Assembly (NCBI GenBank): GCA_902634185.1
Contig: CACPJC010000003.1
Span: 64,001-128,000, forward strand
From: an uncultured Candidatus Actinomarina sp.
GTDB lineage: Bacteria > Actinomycetota > Acidimicrobiia > Actinomarinales > Actinomarinaceae
Length of the DNA: 64,000 nt
Reading direction: 5' to 3'
Made by a program: the position numbers and the translations under genes
The notes under the pieces: generated by a model
Database searches by the model: none
What the model was told of the DNA's origin: nothing
The model's input: the letters and a program-made list of their open reading frames with translations, nothing else
Part shown: piece after piece, positions 1 through 12,200 of the stretch
Layout: each line of letters starts with the position of its first letter
Position numbering within the stretch: position 1 is the stretch's first letter

Positions 1-719
1 TTCACACTTTGGCCACCTGGTCCACTTGATCTGTAGACATCGACTTTTAAATCATTTTGATCAATATCTATATCTACTTCCTCTGCTTCAGGTAAGACAG
101 CTACCGTTGCAATAGAAGTATGGACTCTTCCTTGTGACTCTGTTTTGGGAATTCTCTGTACTCTGTGTGCACCAGCTTCAAATTTAAGTTTCGAATAAAC
201 ACCTTTAGATTTTATAGCAAAGATAACCTTGCTATATCCACCCATATCAGAATCAGTCATCTCTATCTTTTCAACATTCCATGAATTACGTTCTGCAAAA
301 CGGGAATACATTTTAAATAAATCCCCAACCCAAATAGATGCTTCCTCACCACCTGCTCCTGGACGAATCTCTACAAGAACATCTTTCTCATCAGATGGAT
401 CTTTTGGTAGTAGGCCAACTTTTATTTTTGTAACAATGTTTTCAATTTCAGCAGTTGAGTTTTTAATGATGTCCTCATATTCACTCTTCATCTCTTCGTC
501 GGTTTCCTCATTAAGCAACTCTTCAGCATCTGATATATCTGAAGTTAGTGTTTCCCATTGTCTGAAAAGCTCAACAATTGAAGACATATCACTGTGTTTT
601 TTTGCCATTTCTGCATATTTATTTGGATCACTTGAAATATCAACTTTTGATAAATCATCTTCTAATTGTTTTTGTGACTCAACTATTGCAGTAAGTTTTT
701 TAATTAATGTTTCATCCAT
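1..719 (-). CDS. prfA: Peptide chain release factor 1 (5' part; runs off window start)
   Basis: Manual translation from ATG at 719: MDETLIKK...[11 protein letters not shown]...[22 protein letters not shown]...[11 protein letters not shown]. Contains the PxT codon-recognition motif and GGQ. Not in the supplied ORF track. Confidence 0.97.
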   Translation of the reverse strand, partial: MDETLIKKLTAIVESQKQLEDDLSKVDISSDPNKYAEMAKKHSDMSSIVELFRQWETLTSDISDAEELLNEETDEEMKSEYEDIIKNSTAEIENIVTKIKVGLLPKDPSDEKDVLVEIRPGAGGEEASIWVGDLFKMYSRFAERNSWNVEKIEMTDSDMGGYSKVIFAIKSKGVYSKLKFEAGAHRVQRIPKTESQGRVHTSIATVAVLPEAEEVDIDIDQNDLKVDVYRSSGPGGQSV

Positions 720-1623
720 GAGTTACCTCTTTTGTATTTTCAAGAAAAGTATCAAGTTCATCAGTATTTTCACTATGTTTTATGCAATTTGCCATAGCAA
801 CTCTTGCGACCTCAATCTGGTCATCAGATGGAGGTTTTGTTGTCATTTTCTGCATCCATATTCCAGGAGTGCTAAAAAATCTTGAAAAAAGTGAGCCTGA
901 GTATTGAAAATTTAATTTAAGTATCTCATATGAAAGCATGGCAACGACAAACACATGAACAATACGTGTTACAAGTGTCATGAAAATACTCAATGTTGGA
1001 ATAAATGGAAGAGTTAACAAACTAACAAAAACTATCAAAAATATGAATGCGGTTCCACATCGAATGTGTTCTTTAGGGAAAGTCTTTATATGATCAAGAT
1101 TAAGATCTCTGTTATTTTCAAAAGCTGCAATGGTCATGTGCTCTGCGCCGTGAAATTCGAATAGCTCTTGTGCATCTTTTGTTTTTCCAATAAGGAAAAT
1201 GTATAGAACAACGATTACTCCACGTAAAAGTCCCTCATATAACCCTTTCGATGTCTGATCTGTTTCAATCAAATCGATCAGTAATCTTGGTCCTGCAATA
1301 AGGAGCGAGAGAAACACAACAATAAAAACATAGTTAAATATTTTATTAATAAGTGTTGGTTCTGGCTCATCCTCATAATATATTTCATCAGACATTGTTA
1401 AACCTTGATATCCAACATATAAAGAATCAATGAGTGCTCCAATACCACGCATTAATGGAAGTTTAAAAATACCAGGCCTTCTAACCAAAGGCGTTCTCTC
1501 TTTAAAGAACTTTACAATTTCATTATTTTGATTTCTTACAGCAACTGACCAACCCTTTGGGCTTTGAATTAGGACACCACTAATTACAGCTTGTCCACCA
1601 TAAGAAATATCATTTTCAGACAT
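712..1623 (-). CDS. DUF1385 (YqhQ-like) membrane protein
   Basis: YGGQAV, FHGAEH, EHIRCGT and TTKPP-DDQIEVA motifs; usual position between rpmE and prfA. Confidence 0.9.
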   Translation of the reverse strand: MSENDISYGGQAVISGVLIQSPKGWSVAVRNQNNEIVKFFKERTPLVRRPGIFKLPLMRGIGALIDSLYVGYQGLTMSDEIYYEDEPEPTLINKIFNYVFIVVFLSLLIAGPRLLIDLIETDQTSKGLYEGLLRGVIVVLYIFLIGKTKDAQELFEFHGAEHMTIAAFENNRDLNLDHIKTFPKEHIRCGTAFIFLIVFVSLLTLPFIPTLSIFMTLVTRIVHVFVVAMLSYEILKLNFQYSGSLFSRFFSTPGIWMQKMTTKPPSDDQIEVARVAMANCIKHSENTDELDTFLENTKEVTHG

Positions 1624-1644
1624 GAGAAAAAGGGATTAAAGAAG

Positions 1645-1938
1645 TTATTCTTCTTCTTGAGAAGAAACTTCTTGCTTAGGTGCTTGTCTTGTACTTGTTG
1701 ATCCGTATCGTTGTTTGAATCTTTCAACTCGACCTGTAGAGTCAACTAGTTTTTGTTTTCCAGTAAAAAAAGGATGGCTTGCACTAGAGATTTCTAGTTT
1801 TACAAGCGGATATTCTTTTCCATCTTCCCAAGTAATTGTTTCAGATGTTTTAATGGTTGATCTTGTTAGAAATGCAAAATCAGCATCTTCATCTCTGAAA
1901 ACGACTTCTTTATATTCGGGATGTATATCTTTTTTCAC
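1645..1938 (-). CDS. rpmE2: 50S ribosomal protein L31 type B (Cys-free, zinc-independent)
   Basis: [40 protein letters not shown]; no CxC/CxxC. Confidence 0.95.
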   Translation of the reverse strand: MKKDIHPEYKEVVFRDEDADFAFLTRSTIKTSETITWEDGKEYPLVKLEISSASHPFFTGKQKLVDSTGRVERFKQRYGSTSTRQAPKQEVSSQEEE

Positions 1939-1953
1939 AGTGTCTACTTTACT

Positions 1954-3303
1954 TTATTTATTGGTTTTTGCGACATCCTTTAAGAATGCGTCATTGCTTT
2001 TGAGAGTTTTAAGCCTATCAATTAATAATTCTGTTGCTGCACCACCTTCAAGGCCAACAAGAACTCTTCTTAGAGTCCATAATGACTCCAGTTCTTTTGG
2101 AGAAACTAGTCGTTGTTCTTCACGAGTTCCAGATGGAGTAACATCTATCGCCGGGAATACTCTTTTATCTGCAAGCTGTCTATCTAATCTAAGCTCCATG
2201 TTTCCAGTTCCTTTAAACTCTTCAAAGATAACTTCATCCATTTTTGAGCCCGTCTCAACAAGTGCAGTACCAAGAATTGTTAAACTTCCTCCACCTTCTA
2301 TGTTTCTAGCTGCACCAAAGAATTGTTTTGGAGGTGTTAAAGCAGTTGAATCAACACCACCTGATAAAATTCTTCCACTAGCTGGAGTAGCTAAGTTGTG
2401 AGCTCTCGCAAGTCTTGTAATTGAATCCAATAAAATTACTACGTCCTTACCTTCTTCAACAAGTCTTTTTGCTCTTTCGATAGCTAATTTAGAAACTTGA
2501 GTGTGCTCATCTGGTGGTCTATCAAAGGTTGAAAATACAACTTCTCCGTCAACCGAACGTTGCATATCGGTAACCTCTTCTGGTCTTTCATCAACTAAGA
2601 CAACCATTAAATAAACTTCTGGATTGTTAGCAGTAATAGAGTTTGCAATTTCTTTAAGAATTGTAGTTTTACCTGCTTTCGGTGGGGAAACAATCAATCC
2701 TCTCTGACCTTTTCCAATAGGTGCAATAAGGTCTACGATTCTTCCAACAAGTCGCTCTGGTTCACCATCAATCTCAAGTTTTAGTCTCTCATCAGGAAAA
2801 AGAGGTGTCAGTTTATCAAAGTCTACTCTACGAGCCAAAAGTTCTGGATCAGCTCCATTTACAGTCTTAGGTTCAACTAATGCAGGATACTTTTCTTTTG
2901 CACGTGGTGCACGAATTGGTCCTGTTACGAGATCTCCTTTTCTCATTCTAAATTTTTTGATTGCTCCCGCTGGTACATATACATCCATCTCACTTGGTTT
3001 ATAACCACTACATCTTAAAAATCCATAACCCTCTGGCAAGATATCAAGAATACCCTCTCTTGTTTCACCCTCTTTAATTTGGCTATCACCAGAATTTACA
3101 ACAGATGGCATATCTTTGTCTGAAGCTACAACTGCTACTTCTTCTTCTGCACCATCTGCAATATCACCAATTGCGTCACCTTGTTCTAATAAAAGATCTA
3201 TTAACTTTGCCTTTTGAAGGCCTTTGTGTTCAAGACCTAAACCATCAGCTATTTCACGAAGATCTGCTACTGGTTTTGATTGTAATTGTGACCTTGCGGA
3301 CAT
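1954..3303 (-). CDS. rho: Transcription termination factor Rho
   Basis: GYGFLR RNA-binding motif, PIGKGQRGLIVSPPKAGKT Walker A, DERPEEVTD, LLDSITRLARA, EEFKGTGNME. Confidence 0.99.
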   Translation of the reverse strand: MSARSQLQSKPVADLREIADGLGLEHKGLQKAKLIDLLLEQGDAIGDIADGAEEEVAVVASDKDMPSVVNSGDSQIKEGETREGILDILPEGYGFLRCSGYKPSEMDVYVPAGAIKKFRMRKGDLVTGPIRAPRAKEKYPALVEPKTVNGADPELLARRVDFDKLTPLFPDERLKLEIDGEPERLVGRIVDLIAPIGKGQRGLIVSPPKAGKTTILKEIANSITANNPEVYLMVVLVDERPEEVTDMQRSVDGEVVFSTFDRPPDEHTQVSKLAIERAKRLVEEGKDVVILLDSITRLARAHNLATPASGRILSGGVDSTALTPPKQFFGAARNIEGGGSLTILGTALVETGSKMDEVIFEEFKGTGNMELRLDRQLADKRVFPAIDVTPSGTREEQRLVSPKELESLWTLRRVLVGLEGGAATELLIDRLKTLKSNDAFLKDVAKTNK

Positions 3304-3312
3304 ATTTCTCCT

Positions 3313-3369
3313 AATTTCAAAACATTCATGGTTTGGAATGGTTTGTGAATTGTGTTTGTCTGAAAGACA
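3313..3369 (-). promoter_or_regulatory. Two predicted hairpins in the rho 5' leader, directly upstream of the AGGAGA RBS
   Basis: Imperfect inverted repeat caaaacattc/gaatggtttg (about 3313-3351) and tgtct-gaa-agaca (3357-3369). Confidence 0.35.
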
Positions 3370-3418
3370 TTCTTATTATATACACAGCAATTTTAAATTA
3401 ACAACATTTAAATTTTTT

Positions 3419-4213
3419 TTAAGCTGAACAAATATTGATGTAATCGGTTAAATACTCTTGTTCACTTGAATCTAATTCACCTGCTGTTCTGTAGTGATTG
3501 TATGCACCACCGTAATAACGCACAAGTGCATCAACTAAATATTCTTCCCCTCCAAAAAAGTCTCGTGCATCTTGACGATATAACGTTGTTGAATTTTTTG
3601 GACAGTTCCTAGTTAAATATGTAAATGCATGAAGTGATTCATGAAGTAAAACATCATAAGAAACTGCAGCTGAAAAAGCTCTATCCGATATCCAAATAGA
3701 AAGTTTCCATTCTGCATTTTTGGTTCCATCTGAGCTTGTTCCGCTTGGATCCCATACTCCATAAGGACACCTCCCAACAAGTGAAGCCCCATATTGATGA
3801 CAACCATTAATAACACTTATATTGTTTGTTTCGATTATTTGTAACAGTAATGGAGGTAATTGTTTGACTAGTTCACCCAAAGTAGTTTGATTTGTGCCTT
3901 CGAATCCTGCGTATTCTGCAAATGGACCTGTGTAAACCGTTGTGGTTGTGGTTGAAGTGGTTGTTGTTGAAGTTGTAGATGTTGTGGTTGAAGTGGTTGT
4001 TGTTGAAGGTGGAACAGTTGTTGTTGAAGGTGGAACAGTGGTTGTAGTTGAAGATGTAGTAGTCGTTGGCTCAAGAGTTGTTGTAGTAGTATCAATGACT
4101 TGAATTTCTTCTTGTTCAAGTACAATTGTCTCTTCTTCTTGATTAAAGTTTATTACAACTAAAGAAACAATTAATAACAGAAAAATAAATGAGTTTATAT
4201 ATCTGTTGTTCAT
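3419..4213 (-). CDS. Membrane-anchored protein with Thr-rich stalk and small zincin-like (HExxH) domain
   Basis: N-terminal hydrophobic segment, long Thr/Ser/Pro tract, VLLHESLHAF followed by EEYLVD. Confidence 0.7.
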   Translation of the reverse strand: MNNRYINSFIFLLLIVSLVVINFNQEEETIVLEQEEIQVIDTTTTTLEPTTTTSSTTTTVPPSTTTVPPSTTTTSTTTSTTSTTTTSTTTTTVYTGPFAEYAGFEGTNQTTLGELVKQLPPLLLQIIETNNISVINGCHQYGASLVGRCPYGVWDPSGTSSDGTKNAEWKLSIWISDRAFSAAVSYDVLLHESLHAFTYLTRNCPKNSTTLYRQDARDFFGGEEYLVDALVRYYGGAYNHYRTAGELDSSEQEYLTDYINICSA

Positions 4214-5655
4214 CTTCTGGCCTTTACTTTTATAAATAAACCTAGAATCAAAATTGTTAAAATGTATCCAATTAGGCCAATTGCAAAGGTTAAAGAAAAT
4301 GAACCCATACTTAATAAATCTTGTTGCATGTTGGCAAATTCACTATCTGGAGGAACAATAAGAATTCTTATAAACAACCACAAACCCAATATAAAACTTA
4401 AAAGTGGAAAGATTTTAAAAACACCTTGAGAGTCGGTAAGAGATTCAAATAACTCATTTCCACCACCCGGCAGTGACTTAAACAAAACTCCTTCTAAACA
4501 CATCAAATAGCTAAGGGCTGCAGCTGCCGTCAGTACCGTTGAGTCTTTAATAAGAGGTATAGATGTTAGATAGAAGAAACCAAACCCTGCAAGACTCAAA
4601 GCAATTGTTGAGTAAAATTTTGGTGAAAGTTTTGCTATATTTCTTCTTCCAGTGATGTACGCAGATGCAAAAAATCCAAATATAAATCCAATTGGCATTT
4701 CAAAATAGATGAAAGCAAGAGTAGAAATCCCCGCAAAAAATATTGCTTGAGGAGCCCATTTAATTCTTACTTTTTGCTTAAAAACTTTACTCTCAATTAA
4801 TCCCTCTGTCCCCTCGTAAAACAAAGTAACAGCAATTAACCCAACGAGTGCAGCAATAAATATTGCTAAATTTTCAAGATCTAAAGTTAGATCAGCTCCT
4901 TCCTCAACAAAGCCTATTAAAAATGCAGTTGAAAAAAGAACGAAAAGAACTTTAACTAAAGTAATAAGCTTCTTTGAGCCACGAATGTTTCTATCTTTGG
5001 CAAACCATCGAATATTATTCGTTGAAATAATTTTGTTAAACCATTCTTGTAAGAGCAACACTACATAAAACAAAAAGATGATTCCCGTTGAAACAATTAC
5101 AGCGATGCTGTTTTTTTCTTGATCTGTCAGATCAACATCCTCAAATAAGGGAATAGACGTAATCAACTCATTTGTTATTTCAATATTTAAAAAATCAGTT
5201 TCCTCGATGACGGGTGGTGGAAGAGTTGTTGTAGTTGTTGAAGTGGTAGTTGTTGTTGAAGTTGTTGTTGGTGGTGGAATTATTTTTAATAATTTTTGAT
5301 TTATGTATTCCATCTCAACTATTTTTTTACATTCCTCTGCAGGACAATCAGGCCCAGTAACATTCTCAAATTCAGTAATAAAAACGCGTATTGTGACCCT
5401 TACATAATCTGGATAGCAACATAGCTCAAGTTCGCCATCTGGGCTTTCAAGTTGAATTGTTTCAATATTGTTGTCGTGTGAAATTTGGAGGACGATGTCA
5501 TCATAGTCCTCAAAATTTATAGACCATTCAACTAATATCTTTTCATTTTCTAATCGTTTTATATCAAGCTTTATATTTTCGGTATCTAAAGTTGGAGTAA
5601 AAAATGAACCATTGAAAAAGAGGAGGAATAATAAAAATATTAGACTTTTTTTCAT
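4210..5655 (-). CDS. Polytopic membrane protein, resembles FGLLP-motif membrane proteins; secreted N-terminal domain plus Thr-rich linker
   Basis: Signal-like N terminus, Cys-containing small domain, PPPTTTSTTT linker, roughly 9-10 hydrophobic segments, and GFIFGF / LEGVLFKSLPGG motifs. Family call is from recall only. Confidence 0.55.
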   Translation of the reverse strand: MKKSLIFLLFLLFFNGSFFTPTLDTENIKLDIKRLENEKILVEWSINFEDYDDIVLQISHDNNIETIQLESPDGELELCCYPDYVRVTIRVFITEFENVTGPDCPAEECKKIVEMEYINQKLLKIIPPPTTTSTTTTTSTTTTTLPPPVIEETDFLNIEITNELITSIPLFEDVDLTDQEKNSIAVIVSTGIIFLFYVVLLLQEWFNKIISTNNIRWFAKDRNIRGSKKLITLVKVLFVLFSTAFLIGFVEEGADLTLDLENLAIFIAALVGLIAVTLFYEGTEGLIESKVFKQKVRIKWAPQAIFFAGISTLAFIYFEMPIGFIFGFFASAYITGRRNIAKLSPKFYSTIALSLAGFGFFYLTSIPLIKDSTVLTAAAALSYLMCLEGVLFKSLPGGGNELFESLTDSQGVFKIFPLLSFILGLWLFIRILIVPPDSEFANMQQDLLSMGSFSLTFAIGLIGYILTILILGLFIKVKARR

Positions 5656-5658
5656 TGA

Positions 5659-6288
5659 CTACTTTTGGATTTTAGTTGCCTTTTCAAAAATTTCATTTAC
5701 ATTTTCTACATACCATTCATCTGTATATTTAGACCAGACGGGATAACTTGGATCATAACGTAGCCATAGAAATGTGGATCCATTGAATAATTGAAAAATA
5801 TCATCAGCAAGTTCATCAGCAGAATCAGCATCATAATTTTTGCAGAGAGATTTGAGAACATCATAGGGTTCGCGCTGTATCCATTTTCCCGATGCTTGAA
5901 TATCTCTAACTTCAAACCAAGCAAATCTAATTGCATTACCAAGTTCAACAACTTTATTTGCGATTGTGTCCAAAAACATGGTTATAGCGGCACCAGGCTC
6001 TGGGGAGGTTTGTAAAAATGCATTCAACTCATCAGCAACATCTTTAAATCCTAATTGAAATAGTGATCCATAAACATCTAATTTATTCTCAGGAAAATGA
6101 TTGTAAGCAGTTGCAACAGACACTCCAGCATGCTTTGCAATTTGTGAGACAGTGACTTTTTCATGAGAAACGAGTGGATTATTAAATAGCTCGACTGCAC
6201 TATTTATAAGTTTTTTATGCGCCTCATCATATGTTTTTTGTGCACGTAATGATCTTCCATCCTGTTTTTTTAATGGTTCAATGCTCAT
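5659..6288 (-). CDS. TetR/AcrR family transcriptional regulator
   Basis: DGRSLRAQKT...LINSAVELF...VTVSQIAKHAGVSVATAYNHFPENK helix-turn-helix. Confidence 0.92.
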   Translation of the reverse strand: MSIEPLKKQDGRSLRAQKTYDEAHKKLINSAVELFNNPLVSHEKVTVSQIAKHAGVSVATAYNHFPENKLDVYGSLFQLGFKDVADELNAFLQTSPEPGAAITMFLDTIANKVVELGNAIRFAWFEVRDIQASGKWIQREPYDVLKSLCKNYDADSADELADDIFQLFNGSTFLWLRYDPSYPVWSKYTDEWYVENVNEIFEKATKIQK

Positions 6289-9200
6289 TTAATTACCACT
6301 TTCTATCCTAGTAAGAATCCCTGAAACAACGAGTCTTTGCCTAGCAGAGTACCTAGGGTGACAAGTTGTCAATGTCAGCCTGTCATCACCTCGATTAAAA
6401 AGAACATAATCTCCTGTGTTAGCATCAACCACTTCTATATCATCCACAATGTAATGGTATTTATTTGACCCATATGTTAAATAAATCTCATCTCCAATTT
6501 CGACCAAATCTAATCTACTGAAAGGGGCACCATATGTTGTCCTATGGCCTGCAATTCCAACATTTCCACCTGAACCCGGTAGTTTTGTCCCAAGATAGTG
6601 TCCTGGACCAAATTGCAAATTAAGTTCATCAGTACCTGAAACAACATATTGATTTACGTTTATACCTGGAATTTCAAGAAGACCGAATATTTCAGGTTGA
6701 AATTCATCAATCTTTGCACTTTGGTCAATGATGGTAAAATCTTGCAAAGTTTCAAAAACAGGAATGTCACTTTGGAATAAGCGAAGAGGATTTGAAAAAA
6801 TTGTAGGAGGATCTACGTCCTTTATTTCCTCACCTAGATAGATTTGTTCAAGATAAGCTTGAGCATTGTCTTGTTGAACATTTGATAAAAACATTTGTTG
6901 TGTTGCATAAATACCAAAACCCATACCTGTAATTATCGATAAAACAGCAAATCCAAGAGCAGGTCGTTTTAATTTTTTTCTATCAAAAAATTTTCTGTTA
7001 ATTTTTTTTGTGTCTTTTTTTCGAGAAAATACCTTTTTCTCCGCGATTTTTGCATCGAGCTCATTACCAGAATATATAATTTGAAAGTTATTTGAAATTA
7101 GACCCAAACGCTCTTCAAGAATTTCTTTTGTAAGTTCTGTATTTTCTTCCTCGCAAATAGATTTTATGTTTTCAATTGCGACTAGAGTATATTGAAGCTC
7201 ACTATCAAGTGCTTGTATCTCTGATTGATAAGTTGTAAAACTCTTTGCATATGGAGCAAATTTATTTATATCAATACTAATTTCTACTTTTTCTTGTATT
7301 AGTTTCTCAATTTTTGTTTTTAATTTGAAGGCATGCTTATAAATATCCTCTAGCGAAATTTCACTTTCCATTAGTTTTCTTTTTCGATAAGATGTAAAAA
7401 GTATTACACCACCAACTAAAAATACTGAACCGCTTATGACAATATAGTCTAAATTTATTCCTGTAGCTGCCAAGGCTATACTATCCTCTCGATAGATGTA
7501 GGTAACGTTGTAACTACCATCAGTGAAATATATGTCATCATCATCATCCCACTCTAGAAAGTCATTTCCAGTTTCATCAGTAAGAGGTGCTTCACATATA
7601 TCATCCTCTTCTAATATCATATCCTCACAAAAGTCATCCACTAATGGATCCGTTGGGTCTGGATCCGTTGGGTCAACTATACACTCAAGAAGTTCTTGTA
7701 AGTTTGTTGGATTACAAAATTCTTCTGGAGCAGGATCCGTTGGGTTTATAGGATCAGGATCTCTTGGATCAATTGGACCTGGATCTGGATCTGTAGGATC
7801 AGTTGTTGTAGTTATTGTAGGATCAGTTGTTGTAGTTATTGTAGGATCAGTTGTTGTAGTTGTTGGGCAATCAACTGTAAAGCTTGGACCCCAACGTTTC
7901 CAACCGCCTGAAAAAGAATTAGAAGTTGTAGAGGTTTTGTATCTCCATCTAACGTTTTGTCCGCTTGGAACATTTACAGATCCCCTTTCTGAGCTACCTG
8001 GTGGAACAGATCGATTAGAAACGAGTGTTGACCAGTTTTTTCCACCATCTAGGGAATACTCAGCTAAGAAATAAGCATTCGCATTTGAAGAGTCGGAGTT
8101 AGCCATATTGAAATGTATGAGTTTTGCACCTCCTGAACATTCCTCTCGTGTATTTGAAACAGAAGGGTTAATTATTGGAGGTCCTGGCAGTGTTGTTGTA
8201 GTTGTTGGACAATCAACTGTAAAGTCTGGACCCCAACGTTTCCAACCGCCTGAAAAAGAATTAGGAGTTGTCGAGGTTTTGTATCGCCATCTAACGTTTT
8301 GTCCGCTTGGAACATTTACAGAGGCCATTTCTGAGCTACCTGGTGCAACAGATTGATTAGAAACGAGTGTTGACCAGCTTTCCCCACCATCTAGGGAGTA
8401 CTGAGCTAAGAAATAAGCATTTGCATTTGAAGAGTCTGAGTTAGCCATATGGAAGTGTGTGAGTTTTGCACCTCCAGAACAAGCATTTCGAGTATTTGAA
8501 ACAGAAGGGTTAATTGTTGGAGGTCCTGGCAGTGTTGTTGTGGTCGTTGGAGACGGATCATCAATACAATCTAAAACTTTCTTGGTACCACCTTTTGTTT
8601 TTCTACCACTTAGTTCATCTTTAATAATAAAACGAAGTTTATATGTAGATCCATTTGGGACAGATAAAAGTGTAGTTAAGTCTCGTGTTTCTCCAGCAGC
8701 AATACTAAAAGTTTGATCAACAACTTTGGCTTTGTTTATTCTAATTCTCATTCTAATTGTTATGCCAACAGTTGACCTTGAGTTATCTACAATTAAACCA
8801 ATTCTCGCAGTTCCATCATCATTACATTCCATGAAGTTTGCAATCCTAAAATCTACTCTTGGAATTTCAACTGTTGTAGTAGTAATTTCCGGCAGTGTCG
8901 TAGTAGTTGTTGTAGTTGTAGTAGTTGTAGTTGTAGTTGTAGTAGTTGTAGTAGTTGTAGTTGTAGTAGTAGTGGTTGTTGTTACAACACAGCTAGCCGT
9001 ATATGAAAGAGTAGGATCTACGCCTGGGATATCTGTATCTTCAGTCACCCAAGTACTACTGTCATGAGCGCCTCCAGATTTTCTTGAACTATATCTCCAT
9101 TGAATACTTTCTCCATTAGCTAATGCGGGAGCAGAATACGTCTCCGATGAAGTAGCTGGTACCTCTTCATCATCTTTCAATTGTGTCCAGTTAGAGCCAC

Positions 9201-12200
9201 CATCAGTTGAGTATTCCACCCTATAAAAGACTGAGACAGTCGAATCAGAACCGCTACTAAGAGTTATTGAAGGTGTTTGTGTCTGAGAATCAGAACATGA
9301 TCCTAGTGATGTTGAAACACTAGCGCACGATATCGTAAGCTTCGATCCTATCTCTGTCCATGTTGACCCACCATCAGTTGAATACCTATGTTCACGTCCA
9401 GTACCATTTGCTATTGCAGTATTTACCGCAAATTCTTGTGTAGCGCCAGCATTTATTGACTTACCACTGTCTTCACCGGTAACACTGCCTCCAAAATATG
9501 CCCAATCCCCAACATTTCCAGTCACCGCATTGGTTGCTCTTTTTTGTACTAAAAATGTAATAGCGACATTACTTCCGCTGTTGTCGACAGTTATTTTAAT
9601 TTTACCCATTGTGCCGCCCTGGCTTGTGCCGTTATTTTTACAACCATTTGTTTCGTGAGAAACAGCCGGAGCAATAACGGGACAATCAATAGTTATTGTT
9701 GAAAGTGTTACCTCTGATTGGCTGAGTCCCTCTGATGAGTTAGCAACAGAGTATTTTATGATTACCGAGGTATCGTGACTTAGTGCTGGTACGGAAAGTG
9801 AGGAGGAGTCTGTCGCTCCAGCTCCAACGGTTGTAGCAGTTAATACTGTAAAGTTTGATCCCCCGTCAGTTGAGTAGCTGACGGTGAATGTTCCAGCAGC
9901 GGTTGAATTTGTATTTATAAGAGTAATTGGGATTGCTGCACTTCCACTCGAACAACTTGCAGCAGTTGCTGTGGCAGTAGCATTAAGTATGGGGCAATCT
10001 ATCTCAATACTGCTTAGGTTGGTTGTTGAAGCAGATGAAAAGTCGGTACTTGATGAGGTCTGATAACGAATATAGACGGTAGTGTCGTTTGTAAATGATG
10101 AACCTGAGAGACTAACAGTAGAGGTTGAGTCTGCTCCAACTAAAACATGAGATCCTCCGATACCGTCTGTCCAGGTTGAGTTATCTGTAGAGTATTGAAC
10201 TTTAAAATAATTACCAGAACCCTGTCCAGTATTGTCAAGGAGTACGTTTATAGGTGCTCCCCCACCTGAACATGTTCCATGCGTTGCAGAGACTGCTGGT
10301 GTTGTACAACTGACTGTGGCACTATTTAAACTAGCACCAGTGACATAATCTCCTGAGAATGATCCAGAAACCGTAGAGGTTTTATATCTCCACTGAATTG
10401 CAGTACCGTTATTGACAGTTTGCGTCACTGTATCTGATCCACCAACCGTAACCGATTTACTTGCTTCTTTTTCAACCCAGTTTGATCCACCGTCTATTGA
10501 GTACTCAATTAGGAAATACGCAGTAGCTTGTGATGAACCACTGTTTGAGATAGCTAATGTTGATGTCTTTGAAGCTCCACTACAACTAGCTGATAAACTC
10601 TGTGAACCAGAAGTTGTAATATTACATGAAACATCTGAACTTGCACTTCCAGTAGCAGTAGGAGTTCCTGTAAACGTTGCACTTGTTGTCGATTCTTCAT
10701 ATCTCCAGGTGATGTTTGAGCCAACCGGGACGCTATGCGTCAATGTTTCTGTGCTATCAACACCAACAGACTGATTAGCTTCCTTCACTTGCCAGGCACC
10801 GCTATCAATCTTGTACTCAACTTTTACATACGCTGTTGTTGTTGCAGAGGATGAGTTTGTAATTGCAAAACTTGATGTTGCGCTACCACTGGAACAAGTT
10901 CCAAGTGTAGCTGAAACACTTACGTCTATAACAGGACAGTCAACAGTTGCACTATTTAGATCACTACTTGTGACATAACTTCCTGAGTATGATCCTGAAG
11001 TTGTAGAGGTTTTATATCTCCATTGTATAGCTGAATTATGTGGTACAGACTGTGTAAGTGTTGCTGAGCCATTATTATTTACAGTTTGATTGGCTGCTTT
11101 CTCTGTCCAGTTAGATCCGCCATCTAAAGAGTACTCAACAAGGACATAAGCTACAGCATTTGCTGAATCAGAGTTATTAATAGTTAATGTAGAGGTTTTT
11201 GCTCCACTAGAACAACTTCCAAGGGACTGTGATGCACTGACATCTATTATTGGACAATCAACAGTTGCACTGTTCATATCACTACTTGTGACATAACTTC
11301 CTGAGAATGATCCTGAAGTTGTAGAAGACTTATATCTCCACTGAATAGCTGCATCGTGAGATACAGATTGTGTCAGTGTTTCAGATGCGTTTTTTGCAAC
11401 GGACTGGTTCGATGCTTTCTCTGTCCATGTTGACCCACCATCAACGGAGTATTCAACTAGGAAGTACGCTGTTGTGTTGGCGGAGTTAGAGTTTGATAAA
11501 GTTAAAGTTGAAGTTGCTGCTCCAGCTGAACAACTACCTAATGCCTGTGATGCACTTACATCTATTACTGGACAATCAACAGTACCACTTGCAACAGTTG
11601 TGGGTGTCAGTCCTGTAAAACTAGCTGATGTATCTGAAGATGTAACTCTCCAAGTTATTGCAGAACCATGAGATACATTTTCTGAAAATAAGGAACCCGT
11701 TCCAGTTAATATAGTGGCGCTTGCATTCTTTTCTGTATAAGTCGAACCACCATCCGTTGAGTATTCTACTTTTACGTAAGCAGTTGAACCTGACGTATTC
11801 GTTACTGTAAGTGTTGATGTAGCAGTTCCAGAACCAGAACAACTACCTAAATCTTGAGAGCTTGAAACTGTTACGGCTTGAGGACAATCAACAGTTGCAC
11901 TATTCATATCATCAGCTGTGATATAACTTAGTCCCGTCCAGTTCCCTGATGTATCAGAGCTTTTATATCTCCACTGGATAGCTGACCCATCAGGTACACT
12001 AACCGTCAAAGAGGTATTTGTTTGACCATCGGAAATTGATAAGTTATCTCCTTCCTGTGCATCTGTGTGAACAGTCCAGCTTGAACCTCCATCTAGTGAG
12101 TACTCAGCAGTAACATATGCTGTTGAACCAGAACTATTTTGTAGAGAAAGGGTAGAGGTATCAGAACCAGCTGAACAACCTCCTAGTGATTGTGAATCTG

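Noticed and set aside
229-885. 218-aa + strand ORF (and similar antisense ORFs such as 1715-2401, 7523-8074, 17468-17971, 46103-46435)
   Set aside because: Shadows of well-supported minus-strand genes (prfA, rho, giant ORF, hom, ahcY) with no recognisable motifs.
7793-8982. Short repeats as a possible CRISPR array
   Set aside because: No unique spacers, repeats are in-frame coding units, and there are no cas genes.
8726-9067. Poly-Val ORF
   Set aside because: It is the antisense reading of the poly-Thr tract.
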